From Gekko japonicus (lineage: Eukaryota): a stretch of 64,000 bases of DNA. The notes under the pieces were generated by a model. That model was given only the letters and a program-made list of their open reading frames with translations, made no database searches and was not told the DNA's origin. The stretch spans positions 241,581 through 305,580 of the forward strand of contig NW_015168072.1 in assembly GCF_001447785.1 (NCBI RefSeq), given 5' to 3'. Shown here piece after piece: positions 52,192 through 64,000 of the stretch. Both the position numbers and the translations under genes were made by a program. Each line of letters starts with the position of its first letter. Within the stretch, counting starts at the first letter, position 1.

Positions 52192-53719
52192 AAAGTTACC
52201 TTTATGTTCTCGGTCTGAAATTGGGATTCTGTTTCTGTGGGGTGTTTTATTATTTTTGGTCTCCTTGAACGTAACCACAGTTGCTTGGGAATCAAGCTAG
52301 AAGGACAGACATAAGTCATGGAAAAAAAGGTGCGCAGAGGAAGTGTTGTCACCTCGCGTTCACACGAAATGAATGCTGCACCTGTTCAAACAGTGGGATA
52401 GAGGACTTCAGCCAGCCATCTCTTGCGTACTTACTCGGAAGGTGCCATTGAAAGCAACACTGCCAACTTAATAGATGCCAGTTGGGCGTGGAGAGTTGAT
52501 GCCCTTAATTATGGCAAATATGGGAGCCTCCGAGTCCTAAAAAGCTGTACCCGGCCATTAGATTTAAAAAAAAAAATTCCTTCTTGGCCTTTAGTTGACT
52601 ATAATAATACAATGCTTGACCCAAGAGTCCAACATCTATCTCCCGGAGGAAAGAGTATGCTTTCAGTGCCAATTTTTGTAGTGGGAAGGGATTCTTCTTT
52701 TGGGGCGGTTGTGAGATTTAAAGGAGATCTGTTGAAGCCCACAGAAAAGGATGTCAACCTGGAACTGGGAGGCACACCACTGTGTCCCCAGTTTTCCCAT
52801 TAGGGCATAATTTCGGTTTGAAGCCGGAGAAATCAACTGTTGTCCTTAAGCACCCAACTGGTGACCCTAATCCCAGCCAGAATCATTCCAGGTGAAAACC
52901 GGGCAGAGATCAGGCCCAACCCAAAGCTAAGTAATACTCTCCTCTACCTGAAGAAGAGTTCTGTGTGATTCGAAGGCTTTTGTATTCCTACACTAAAATA
53001 ATTCTAAGGTCAGGGTTTTTGTTTTTAAAAAAATGCAAAATCTACTACAGTTTATTCTTCCAGACCAACAGGATCAAAAACTTCTTTCCTACCCTCTGAA
53101 GGTTCATTAGTTATACCGATGTGCATATTTTATTGCTTTATATCCCCTCTTTATCGGAAATGAAATTCCTTTGATCCTTTTCTTCCTTCCCGTCCCTGGA
53201 GGGGTAAAGGATTTGCCCTTTGAGGGGGGTGGGATCCACCTTTTTTGTTTATTTCCAGAGTTCCCTCATCCCATTTCTATCTTGGCGTTTTAGGTGAGCT
53301 AATGATCCACAGAAGCCTTTAAAAACTTCATGTTATGTGGGAAGTTATTTTTAATTACAATTAATTGCTAAGGGGCAATTTTCGTTCTAATTAAACACTA
53401 ACTCTTTCTGGGGCTCCATTGGAAAGAGCACATATTTCGGTTTTAATACTTTCTTCGGTCCACTAGTTAACCAATAGCTCTTCCTCTTTGCTCAACTTCT
53501 TGGATTAGGCTATCTTCTCCAAACGAATACGAAACAATGGATTATACTGTAGGTTCTGGCTAATAACCGGGAGGGGGGTTGGGAGTGATATGTTGTTCTT
53601 GAGCGTACATAGCAAAAGTTTCCGGAAATCCTCTCTTCCGAAATCTGGGTGTTTTGTTTGGGTGACGTTTTCCCTCCTGGCTGTAAACCACTCGGAAGAT
53701 TTCTAGCCCCAGGAGGATG

Positions 53720-53810
53720 TGTCTGTCTTCTATATGTACCCTGTAGATCCGAATTTGTGTAAAAGAAGCGGCCTCACAAATTCGCATCTAGGGGAATATG
53801 TAGTTGACAC
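53720..53810 (+). ncRNA. MIR10A: microRNA miR-10a precursor (mature 5p 53737-53759; 3p 53777-53798)
   Basis: Exact mature miR-10a TACCCTGTAGATCCGAATTTGTG and complementary arm CAAATTCGCATCTAGGGGAATA; canonical position between Hoxb5 and Hoxb4. Confidence 0.97.
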
Positions 53811-54123
53811 AAACGCTACGGAGCGCAGCCACAGCGGAAGAAGAAGGCGGAAAAGAAGGGGAGAGGAAAAAAAGGAGAAAGCAAACCGTTGGAGAGTTTT
53901 CCTAAAGAGGATTGCGCAGAATATTTTTAAATGGCATATATTGTTACTGGCTTGGGCACAACCCATCACTCGCCATATATATTAAAGATTGGTTTTGCGA
54001 GCATCCGGGTTCGATGCTCTTTATTGTCGAGTATCTCCCACTTTTCAGACAGAACAGGGAGGTTCGCCGTTGTCCTCTGTTCTAATAAGATCTAGTCTAC
54101 AACGACACTCGTCTGCAGTTGCC

Positions 54124-54230
54124 GACGGGTGGCCGTGTTCGTCCTCCGCAGAGAACTAAAACAAAAATCCAGTGGTCTCTTAAAGACTAAGAGCGTATAT
54201 TTCAGCACCAGCTTTCCTGAGTCAGAACTC
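54124..54230. mobile_element. Penelope-like terminal fragment
   Basis: GGGTGGCCGTGTTCGTC...TCCAGTGGTCTCTTAAAGACTAA...AGCTTTCCTGAGTCAGA, homologous to the 38147 element. Confidence 0.55.
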
Positions 54231-55194
54231 CTCCCTAAGGTCTTATTTGACGCAATCCCTGCTGTTAGCCACATACAAATGACAGGTCCCTGCCCCGAAG
54301 CCTTACAAAAGGGATGGATATATTGTGTCCCAATGATGTGTGTGTGTGGGGGGGGGAGAGAGAGAGAGAGAGAGAACGAACGAGAACACGAATCTTGGAT
54401 GTGCGGTCCCTATTCTTTCAAGCCTCTCTTTAAAAAAATGATTTCTGCTATTGGATATTTTCATTCCTCCGGCTGTAGGTCTAACGTTAACCCTCCCGGC
54501 TCCTTCGCAGTGTTCTATAGTATTTTATACACTTTGGGGATGTGGGGTGGGGGACCGAACTAGTCTAAAGCAGAAGCGAACTGTCCTTTAAAGGGATGGG
54601 TAACTCGAATTAGTTAATGATGTTTCGATCGATCTCCAGCGCGCTCTATCGATCTTTGCCAGTGGCTCGCCTCCTATCACCTGCGTTCAGAAACAAATTT
54701 TCAAGGCCGACTCTCAAATGAATGCGGCTTAAACCGAGAATATTCCTTTGTTTTTTCTTTCCAATCTTCCGTGTTTTCTGATTAAAGAAACTGTTCGTTT
54801 GCACCTGGGTTTCCGCCAAGGGGAATAGCGATTGTGTATGTATAATTCAGAGTAATTTTAATTGATATGGGGGGGTTTGCATTGGGAGGGGGCACTTGAG
54901 TTTGGAGACTTATGGAGAGAGTACAGGTCATCGTGTTTCTGAGGTGGGGCTCTGATGATGTAATTCCCGTATTTTTTTAAGAAGAAGAAAAGTCTCGACT
55001 GTCCATGGCAGAATGTACATTCCCACTTAGCCTTCGACTGATTTCGCTGGGAAGTCCAGTTTTAGTTCAGTGGAAGTTACTCCCCAAGTGGACCGTGGGC
55101 TTGCAATGGAAAAGCGCAAAGAGTTGAGCGCACGTTCCCCCCCCACAACCTCCACGCCGCCTTCCCTCCCCCCTCTTGATTATTTCCTTATCCG

Positions 55195-55300
55195 GGAATC
55201 CCAGACAACCTCTCCATTGGTTCCTGGGGTCACATGGACACCTAACTTTGTTCACTTGACGGCAAATGTAGGAGGGCTCTGCGAAACAGGAAAACGAGTG
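55195..55300 (+). promoter_or_regulatory. Hoxb4 proximal promoter (NF-Y and USF-type sites)
   Basis: ATTGG (55216) and GTCACATG (55229), ~270 bp upstream of the ATG; NF-Y/USF regulation of the HOXB4 promoter is established. Confidence 0.7.
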
Positions 55301-55493
55301 CGGAGGGGAGGGGAAGGAAGGGAGCAGGGGGAAGGGGAAGGGGAGGGGGCCCCCAAAGAAATAGGAATAAATTTTAGTATATATTTTTGGGGTGTGCGTG
55401 TGAGCAAGCGAGCGAGCGAGCGAGAGTGTGCGTGCTGGCGCACGCGCGCCCTTGGCTAAAATTTTCCCCCCACCCCCCCCAAAAGCAATATTA

Positions 55494-55914
55494 ATGGCCA
55501 TGAGTTCCTTCTTGATCAACTCCAACTATGTGGATCCCAAATTCCCACCGTGCGAAGAATATTCGCAGCACGATTACCTTCCCAGTCATTCTCCGGAATA
55601 TTTCAGCGGCCAGAGACGAGAAGAGAACTCTTTCCAACCCGAGGCGTTGTACCCAGCGCGGTCCGCCTGTAACCAACCAACCTATCCTTCGTGTCGGGGC
55701 TCCGGCCCCCAGCCGGCGGTCCTCTCTCCCAGGAGCCAGCACGTCCACGCTCCGGCGGGACTCCAGAACCACCTCTCCGAACCGAGCCACCCTTGCGAAT
55801 CCATCACGCCAAGCCCACCGCCTTCCTGTAGCCAAAACTCTCTCAACCAAAGCCCTTCCTCTTGCAAAGAACCGGTAGTTTATCCTTGGATGAAGAAGGT
55901 GCACGTTAGCTCGG
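55494..55914 (+). CDS. HOXB4: Homeobox protein Hox-B4, exon 1
   Basis: MAMSSFLINSNYVDPKFPPCEEYSQ, hexapeptide CKEPVVYPWMKKVHVS, donor TCGG|GTAAGT at 55915. Confidence 0.96.
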
Positions 55915-56033
55915 GTAAGTGAACCTTAAAGAGCCTTTCGCTTTATACTAACCTGCACCTCAAAGTCTTGTTGGGAAAAAAGAGAGAGAGAGAAAGCTTA
56001 TTGCCCCGGTTGTAAAAGAACCATTCCCCTCTG

Positions 56034-56095
56034 AGATTTATGGTCTCCCTGTTTGCCGAGCGCTATAATTACATCCTCCATAAATTTTTATTGCT
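56034..56095. promoter_or_regulatory. Hoxb4 intron conserved homeodomain-binding block (HB1-like)
   Basis: GATTTATGG...CTATAATTACATCCTCCATAAATTTTTATTGC, the clustered TAAT/TTTAT sites characteristic of Hox4 introns. Confidence 0.7.
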
Positions 56096-56144
56096 CTTCT
56101 TGGCCAACTGCCTTTGAAGTCCCTGTTAACATCCTTCTTCGGGC

Positions 56145-56146
<2 letters not shown>

Positions 56147-56220
<74 letters not shown>

Positions 56221-56221
56221 T
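56147..56221. repeat. (TTTC)n microsatellite in the Hoxb4 intron
   Basis: Directly visible. Confidence 0.95.
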
Positions 56222-57825
56222 CCTGCCACAACGCTGATCAGGGAAAAGTTTTAAAGAAAGGATAGGATGCTCTTCATTATGGATGTGTAATTGCGTTGGG
56301 GGTAGTTTTAGGTAAACTTCTGCTGTGCCTTTTGCCTTAGCTCTTTAGTTTTGTCTCACAGCCCACGCTACTTACTAGGGAACACCGTGGGTTTCAGCGG
56401 GACCGACGACTCCCCCACCCCCGGAATATTTGGGCTGGAGAGTTTATTCTCACATAGCTGTTGTGGAACGTTTTAGAACTTGGGGGGGGGGGGAATACAC
56501 GGTCACCTCCCCAGTACACGTGGGCGATCCCGGAGCTCGAATCCCGGAAGCGCTTTCCACTAGTGTCTCGGTCTGTTTGAGTGCCAAACAACTGCGACGG
56601 ATTTGGACACTGGTTTCAGTCCAAACGCTCATTAAGCTTAAAATGGTTCTGGATCGGGTTGCAGGTCTCTCTCCCAAAGCACTCTTATGGACGGTGACTC
56701 CAGTCTAAGCCGATCAGATTTGGAAAGGGGTGGTCTAAGGCCACTGAAGTCCATGGGCTTAAACTGAAGTAACTTTGCAGACGATTGTACTGAATGCCAC
56801 TTAAGGTTCTTGGGTTCAAGCTGGACTCGCCTCTCCTCCCGTCCCCACTTCCCCGTAAGCTTGAAACAGATGGGGGGGGGGTAAGCTGCTATTTAGGACT
56901 GGGCACCAGGGCTTCGCTTTAACTCACTCACCGCCGCTCGCTCTCTGGTGGTTTCCTTTATTCCATAACACAGACCCCAAATTCCATTTATGTAGCCCCC
57001 CCAAAATCAATGAGGTTACTCTAGAGGAGCGGTTTAAAGATGGCTGTTTGCTCTTGGAGGCCTTCAGTGAGCAATGGGCCATCCATGAAGTTTGGGGTTT
57101 TCATGCGTTAGGGTTGCTTAGGGCCAGACAAAGATGTGGAGAGTTAGGAAGATTAGACTCGTGTGAGATACAAAGGGGGGGTGGGGAAGAAAAAGAAAGG
57201 TACACTTTGAAGTTGTCTGTGACTCCAGCTTTCAGCTCTTTAACAAGAAAAGTATAGATCTCTGGTCTGAATCCTCCACCCCCCCAACCCAAGCTGGATG
57301 TCTTTGTGCTGACCCAATCCCCTTCTCCGGTTAAGTCCCCGATCCTATCAGAAGTCGTCCCCAGTCATTTCAGCGGGATTTATTGTCCGGTAAGCTTTCC
57401 TAGGATTGGAGCCAGACTGACTCCCGAGTAGAAGGTTGCTCTCAGGCCTGTTAGCTATGGAGGGCGTGTTCAGACCCAAGTCATTCCACTCTGTGGAAGG
57501 CATGGGAAGACTGGAAGGGGAACCGCAGCTGGACTTTCTTGTGCGGGACACCCGCCGCTTCAGACACCGGGTTTGTGTTTTGTCCTGCGTTGTCCGCGCG
57601 TGCACACGAACCACAGCAGAAGGGGAAGGGCTTGGACTGAAAGGACTTCCAATTGGGACGTGTGGATCCAGAACCATCTCTCTCTCTCTCTCCCGCGGGG
57701 TTTTGTGGAAGGAAGGCAGCGTTTCAAAAGAGGCAGAGGAGTAACATTCCAACCTTTCCCCCCCTCCTCACCCCTTCCCTCCCCTGTGCCTGATCTCCCC
57801 CCCCCTTTTCTGTTTCTTCACTCAG

Positions 57826-58151
57826 TCAACCCCAACTACACGGGAAGGGAGCCGAAACGGTCTCGGACGGCCTACACCAGGCAACAACTTCTGGAGCTGG
57901 AGAAGGAATTCCACTACAACCGCTACCTCACCCGGCGGCGACGGGTGGAAATCGCCCACTCCCTTTGCCTGTCCGAGCGCCAGATCAAGATCTGGTTTCA
58001 GAACCGGAGGATGAAATGGAAAAAAGACCACAAACTGCCCAATACAAAGATCCGGTCGAATGCTGCGACCAGCCTCCCGGCTCAAGAAGGGAGCGGAGCC
58101 CCCCAGGACCGAACCCATGGACCAACCCCCAACCCCCCCGCCAGTCTATAA
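57826..58151 (+). CDS. HOXB4: Homeobox protein Hox-B4, exon 2 (homeodomain); spliced product 248 aa
   Basis: Acceptor CTTCACTCAG|; [78 protein letters not shown]; RRVEIAH is B4-diagnostic; TAA at 58149-58151. Confidence 0.96.
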
Positions 58152-61100
58152 CCTCCCCTTGGAGCGCGGTCTCCCTCTGTGCGTGCGTGCGTGTGTGTGT
58201 GCGCGCGCGGGTGTGCGCGCGTGTGCCAGCTAAGAGAACTGATGTGTGAAAGGAAGGGACGCGTTGTGATTTCCACCGTTCCCTGAGGAAGAGACACCAG
58301 GGCGCTGAGGGAAGGGGTCGAGTGGGTGGGTGGGAACACTATTTATATGAAGGGAGAGAAGACAAAAGAGGATAGGAAAGGGGGGGGGGATTCTCCCGTT
58401 GTCCGGAAAGCAGGGTTGTATTTGTGGGTAGCTGCTCTATTCTATAGGAGATGTGGGTTGGTCCCCTCCCCCAGATTTGGCTAAGATGGATCCCTTTTTC
58501 ACCCTTAATCAAGCCAAACTCGGGGCCATTTGTCATGTTTACTCTCGCGTACAAACGAAGGACCTTATGCCAGCCATTAGCTCGACAGGCAGACTCGTCT
58601 TTAATAAATGAGGCCCGGTTTCACCTATGAGGAACTGGATCCTCTCTATCTCTCCCCCCCCCTCGCTCTTTACCCTTTCAGGCCCTTCTTTCCTCCCCCC
58701 TAACCAGCCCCGCAAACCCGGTCTGAAGCCAGACATTTCCCCAAGGCTACCGAAAAGGTGTTGGCATCTGTTTAACACAGCTGTAGATGGCGGAGTGATT
58801 GGAAGGGAGAAATCAAATTTCTCCCAGCCCTCTAAGGACTTCATTGGATAGTGAATATTATAATGTTCCCGTAGAGACGGGCGCCATTGGGGAGGGAAGT
58901 CGGGGAGGGGCGACCTGAGTCCCCCCCCCTCAAGACTGGAGCAACCAAGGCATTTAAAAAAAACAACACAAAAACAACTTCAGGTTAATAACCTAACCTG
59001 CAAGACCTGGAAAGCGGAGAAGAGCTATACTCCTGAGCTTATAACAGTTGATTATAACATAAAGCCATCTGGGTTCGAGGGCCATTAATGGGAGGAGGGA
59101 GGTCCTTTGTAAATAAAGAGGCTCAGCCGCACTCTTCACTGCCATCTTTGAACCAAATATGTGCATAAAGATGGATTTTCTGGGGATCCTCTTGGGAATA
59201 TGCTTGTGCTCCGACTCTTTNNNNNNNNNNNNNNNNNNNNNNNNNNNNNNCTTTCTCTTTCTCTCCCCCCTCCCTCCATGACATTCAGGAATGGTGTGAT
59301 TCAAGACAACTTTGGGGAGGGGAAAATACTCCCCTTCCCACACTTCCGTATAAATTACCTCTTGTTGTTCTGTGTGATCTCCATAAGAACATGTACATAG
59401 CAAACCATGGTGGAAAAAGAAATAATAAAAAGAAGAATCCTGGTGAACACGGCTCTCTGTGTTTTTCAGAATATGGGTCGTGGCAAGGACCTGGTTCCTC
59501 TTGTTCTGACCGTTTTCAGATTCCCTTTTGAGTTTCATCCAGATTTTTCTTTTTCTTTTATTATTATTGTTGTCAATTTCCTGGCCTCCCCTTTCTCTAA
59601 TGGAAACAGAAGATGTTTGACCATAGGGTATATCCTCTTTAACTACCGCTAAGCCTTATGAGGGGTGATTTATTTCCTCTAAGCCTGCATTAATGTGGTT
59701 ACATTTCGCCTTCCAACTGGTTCCAGCTCAAAACGAGTACTTCGATGGTTGAATAGATTCTGCCTGGCACCCGGACTCTAACGCACCGATACGGTGTGTG
59801 TGTGTGTGTATGGGGTGTGTGTTGTTCTTCCATGCCGTATCTTTCCCTCCTTTCAAGAAAAGCTACCTTCTTGAAGGTATTTAATGCATTTAATGACCAT
59901 AATTTTTGCACAGATGTTTCTCGGTGTTTGCAGGGTCCCCCCCTTTCCCTGTGTATTTTTATATTACAAAGGAGCCAGCCACGGCAATAGCTCAAACTCT
60001 GACAAGCAAATAGATAATCAAGAAGACAAATGGCTCCTTTTGTGCTCCACGGCTCTTGTATTAATTTTCATTTTCTTTCCCATACAAAGTATCGAAAATA
60101 CTGTTTAGGACGAAATAGCATTCCAGTTCTAAGGTTTTTTTATATATATAAAAGAGGGAGGGGGGGTCTGAGACCATACCAAGCAAACCATGATTTTGTC
60201 TTAAATTTTCTCTTCTAAGAAACATATCCTCCCTGCTTATTAGCAGGGTCCCAAGCTTGGTTTGCCGGCTTAGACCACAACCCAGCCAGAAGTTTTCTTT
60301 CAAAAAAGCCTCCCCGAAAGAGAGTCCCCGTCCATTTCAATCGGGCTCGTGAAGGAGGATACTTTCCACCTGGGTTTCTTAGATGCAGCAGAGAAAAGTT
60401 TATTTCAATAGGAAAGTTCAAATACTTCTGGCACAACCTTATCTATAGGCCAGCTTTCCAACACTTATCCAAACCGGGAGTCGGTTTACTGCCTTATGGG
60501 CACTCTCAAAATCATGATTCAATAGAGCTAAAGCCTGATAGCCTCCATATAACTTGATTACTAGGAAGCAGTGGAGATTTGTCAATAAGGCGATATGTAG
60601 ATGTAGACAGACAGACAGAAGTTCAAAAAATGCAGAGGAGAACATAACCTTCCTTCCCACACATAACCGGCTTTGGGTGTCAGACTTTCACTGGGACTGA
60701 TCCGGCACAAGTAGCTTGTGGGCCGAAAGCACCGTCCACAATCCAAAAGCAACCCAAGTACATTTTATTTCGCTTTGCTGATGGAGCAGATGGGTTTCAG
60801 CCGCAAGGCAGAGGCCCTCCATGGTTGACAGTAAAGCGCCACCGAAATAGGATACGGTGGCGGTTTGCGCTCCCTGATGCCCTGGGTCAGAAATGGTTTT
60901 GCACACATAAGATGTTTTTGCAACGATGATGTTGGCTACCTTTCCTGGATCCCCCCCCCTTTACTATAAGAGGACACCTCTTGAATCAATACCTATGCAA
61001 GCCACATGCAATATGCTGTAATGTCCGGGTCTTGTTATATTGTGGGGGGGAAGCGGCTGTTAGTATTATTATTATTATCATCAGCGAGACCCTGAGATTG

Positions 61101-61491
61101 GGGAGGGGAATGTTGCACCCTCTCTCTTAATGGCAAACATGAAAGAAGGGTTTGCTGTAATACGGGATTGTTTTAATATGTAGTTTTGTCAAAAAAGGGG
61201 CTTCATACTACATTTCCATTGAGTTCAGCTGGGCCAGAAGATGTCTTTCAGTGTGAATTGAAGGCATGGACTCCTTCTCTCTCTCTCTCTCACACACACA
61301 CACCCCAATGAAAAAAAACAACAGGCATACGCTCCCAAGCAACACTTTTCTTAAAGTCCAGGCTGGTAAAAGTGTGGTTTCTATAGAGCCAAATCAAAGC
61401 ACGAGAGTGTGAATGGATTGTAGGGTGGAGATTTCTATAGGCCCTAAAAGTTCACAAGCATTGTAAAGCAGACAGAAGCGGAGAAAAATGT

Positions 61492-61524
61492 GAGAATTAT
61501 ACAGGAATAAATCATTAATCATTT
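61492..61524. promoter_or_regulatory. CR3 / late neural enhancer-like Hox-Pbx autoregulatory block shared by Hoxb4 and Hoxb3
   Basis: GAGAATTATACAGGAATAAATCATTAATCATTT; resembles the mouse CR3 HS1/HS2 sequence as recalled; lies between Hoxb4 and the 3' RARE. Confidence 0.65.
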
Positions 61525-61941
61525 CTTTCTCCAAATACTTATTCTTTTTCTATTGTTATTCAACAGCAAATCTCCGCAGACCTTCTGTTGGGAAAAAAGA
61601 GTACCCGGGAGCCTAGAGTCTTTCAAGAGATCTTCAAGGGGAATAAAAGAATATATATATACTGCCATGAACAGCATCTGCGAGCATCTGGATAGACCTC
61701 CAGAGAAGTTAAAAAGGTAAGCAATTTTTTTTTTAAAAGAAACTTTATGTCTCTGAGCATTCTCTTGATTGAAACTGTATATTTCAGGATCGGGGAGGGC
61801 AGGGCAACCTTAAATGTCTTCTCTTAAACTCCCGTCCTGTGTAGTCCGAGAAGTCGTGTTTACTTGGAAGTAAGCTGTGTTGTCCTGGCTTTGAATGGCT
61901 TCAAAAGCCGGGGAGGGTAGGATTTTTTTTTTCATGGTAAA

Positions 61942-61943
<2 letters not shown>

Positions 61944-61997
<54 letters not shown>
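61944..61997. repeat. (GA)n microsatellite
   Basis: Directly visible. Confidence 0.95.
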
Positions 61998-62000
<3 letters not shown>

Positions 62001-62591
62001 ATAGGTGGTAACAGTTTAGGAGGTTTTGTATTAATGACAAACACCACTTGCAATGTTAAATATTATTGTTTTGGTGGGAGCCGAGAAACTGTTTATTTCA
62101 TTCCAGAAAGAAAGAAAGAAAGAAAGAAAGAAGCTGCAAATGACGGAAGGTGTTTTAAAAGGAATCATAATTTAGCTTTTTTTTTAAGTGTTTTCTAAAG
62201 AGGTTTGCGAGGAAGGTTTCTTGTCTGTTATGATAATGTGGGCTATGGAGGGGGGGAGATGAGTCTCTCGGCGTTTGTTCAGAAAGGGACCTAGCTGTTG
62301 TATTTTTATTTCTGCATGGGGGGGGGGGGCAAGCTGGAGCCCTGAGTACCAGGATGCCCTACAACTCCGTCTACTTCAGGGCTCATGGAAAGCGGCTGTG
62401 ACATTGCTGAGAGCTACAGTTTTCAACAGGGAAAGGCGTGACTAGGGAATGTCTGTCCCTTTTGGTGGCTCTGTGGATTTGGGCCGGGCTCAGGAGCCGA
62501 GGTGGGAGATCGTCTGTTTAGGTCTGATGCATCCGTCTCCTTTTCCGTCTAGGGCAGAGTGAACGTTTTTAGAAAAAGAAAGCCAGGGGAC

Positions 62592-62641
62592 TAATAAAAC
62601 TGTGTTGGTCTTCAAGGTGCCACTGGATTCAAACGTTGTTC
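62592..62641. mobile_element. Penelope-like terminal fragment
   Basis: AATAAAACTGTGTTGGTCTTCAAGGTGCCACTGGATTCAAACGTTGTTC, homologous to 52141-52191. Confidence 0.6.
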
Positions 62642-62689
62642 AGGGGGCTTAAACTGTGAGAGTCCGGCCTGCTTGCGGAGGGAGCGCAG

Positions 62690-62706
62690 AGTTCATGCAA
62701 GGGACA
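62690..62706 (+). promoter_or_regulatory. DR5 retinoic acid response element, early neural enhancer (ENE)-like
   Basis: AGTTCA-TGCAA-GGGACA followed by TTTTCT, 4.5 kb 3' of Hoxb4; fits the Hox4 3' RARE pattern RGTTCA-N5-RGG(A/C)CA. Confidence 0.65.
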
Positions 62707-64000
62707 CGTTTTCTAAGCGATTAGCCTGGTATGGCAGCTACAGGATGACCCCGCCAAACCCCTTGACCTTTGCAGGACTGGACATTGTGCTGAGCAGAGA
62801 GGCTCACACAGAAACAAGGGCGGCCTAGAGCAAACTCGGGGAAGCCACCGAGGAACCCGGAGAAGGCTGGTGGGGGTGGGGACCAACCACCAACCACCCC
62901 TGTAGCCCTCTCCACCGCACACCACCCTCCGGTATCTCTGGCTTCCTTTGGTTTGTGGACGGCCTGGCCGATTGTCTCGCTGGAGGTTGCTTGGACGAGA
63001 TCGTCTGGTATTGGCCATGCCCCAGCCAGTTGGATCCTGCTAGTCTGAGGGGTTGCTGTCCCGCGGGAAGTTCTCCTGCGAACGCCTCAGTGAAAGCAAA
63101 TGGGAGGGTCTGCCGGCGGCGGAGCTTTTCCTCCTTCTTTTTGGAACAATGGAGTTAACGTGGTTTGGTCTACTGGTCTTTTCTGTTCGGTTTTTTTTTG
63201 GGTCTAAAGCTCAATTTCCTATGTCTCAAAGCACTATGGGTACCCTTCAGCGTCGTTGTTATTAGGAAGGGTCCTGGATGACTCTTCTTTTCGGATGTAA
63301 TCGGTGTTCCTCTTCCTATCCCTAAGAAAGGGCAGAAGGGAACGTTGGGAATGCCTGGCACTGAGGCTGGCCCTGCTAAACTATGGCTCAATAGGTTTGC
63401 TCGGGAAAACACGGGTTTGGCGGGGAAAGGAGGGGGAGGATGTGAACTCGACCCCCCCCCCCCAGTCCTTCTCCTCTTCTTTTCCTTCTGTGCCTCAGTC
63501 CTCCGCCCACCCGCAACATCTCCCAAATGGTATGCGGCAGCCATCTCTGAGATGGGTTCCGAAAAGAAGCGAGAATCTTGCAAAAAAAAGCAAGGCGCTG
63601 GAGCTGAGCGGGATGGTAAACATGTTCATCTCTTGGATTGGTACCATCAACTGGGAAGAACCTCCACTAGTTTAAAATGGCTGCCTATCCACTGAGGGGG
63701 GGGGAAGGAAAAATAAAAATAAACCTTCACTGTAATGGTTTTCTTGGGCTGTTGAGAAGGATTTTGGAACTCTTGCGAATAGACCAAAGTGTGCAAATGC
63801 TTGTATTTGCCCGCCTCCATTCAGACTTCCACAGGGTCCACTGACAGCCACAACCGTTTGAAATCAATGCAAAATTTGCCACTAAGGAAAGGCAAAATGC
63901 CGGTGTGCTGTAGTCAGTGGGACAGGACGACCTCCAAAGCAGTGAAGGCAGCACACTAGCATAGTGCGTGGGTTTAAATAGGTTTCTAATTCTAAGCAGG

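Overview
This window is the central part of a vertebrate HoxB cluster. Five complete two-exon genes lie on the + strand in canonical order: Hoxb8, Hoxb7, Hoxb6, Hoxb5 and Hoxb4, with the miR-10a hairpin between Hoxb5 and Hoxb4. The repeat content and the enlarged introns and intergenic spaces suggest a squamate reptile, possibly a gecko (inference). The assembly is a draft with many N gaps. Recognisable regulatory features include the near-perfect miR-196 site in the Hoxb8 3'UTR, miR-196 seed sites in Hoxb7, three DR5 retinoic-acid response elements positioned like DE, B4U and ENE, a CR3/late-neural-enhancer-like Hox/Pbx block, CTCF motifs at the 8|9 and 5|6 positions, and two promoter-like intergenic blocks. 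I see no new protein-coding system; the remaining ORFs are shadows or low-complexity artefacts. The most noteworthy observations are: (1) transposon invasion of the cluster, including two inverted copies of one ~205-bp hAT-type MITE with perfect 8-bp TSDs, palindromic MITEs inside Hox introns, and Penelope-like fragments with decayed hammerhead cores; (2) a 24-aa Ser/Gly/Asn repeat tract in Hoxb5; (3) unusual substitutions in the Hoxb4 homeodomain and linker; (4) a candidate 18-nt uORF-bearing micro-exon downstream of the Hox7-6 conserved block; (5) a CCAAT/E-box module with 10-12 bp spacing that recurs five times. Comparisons with other species are from memory and need checking by alignment.
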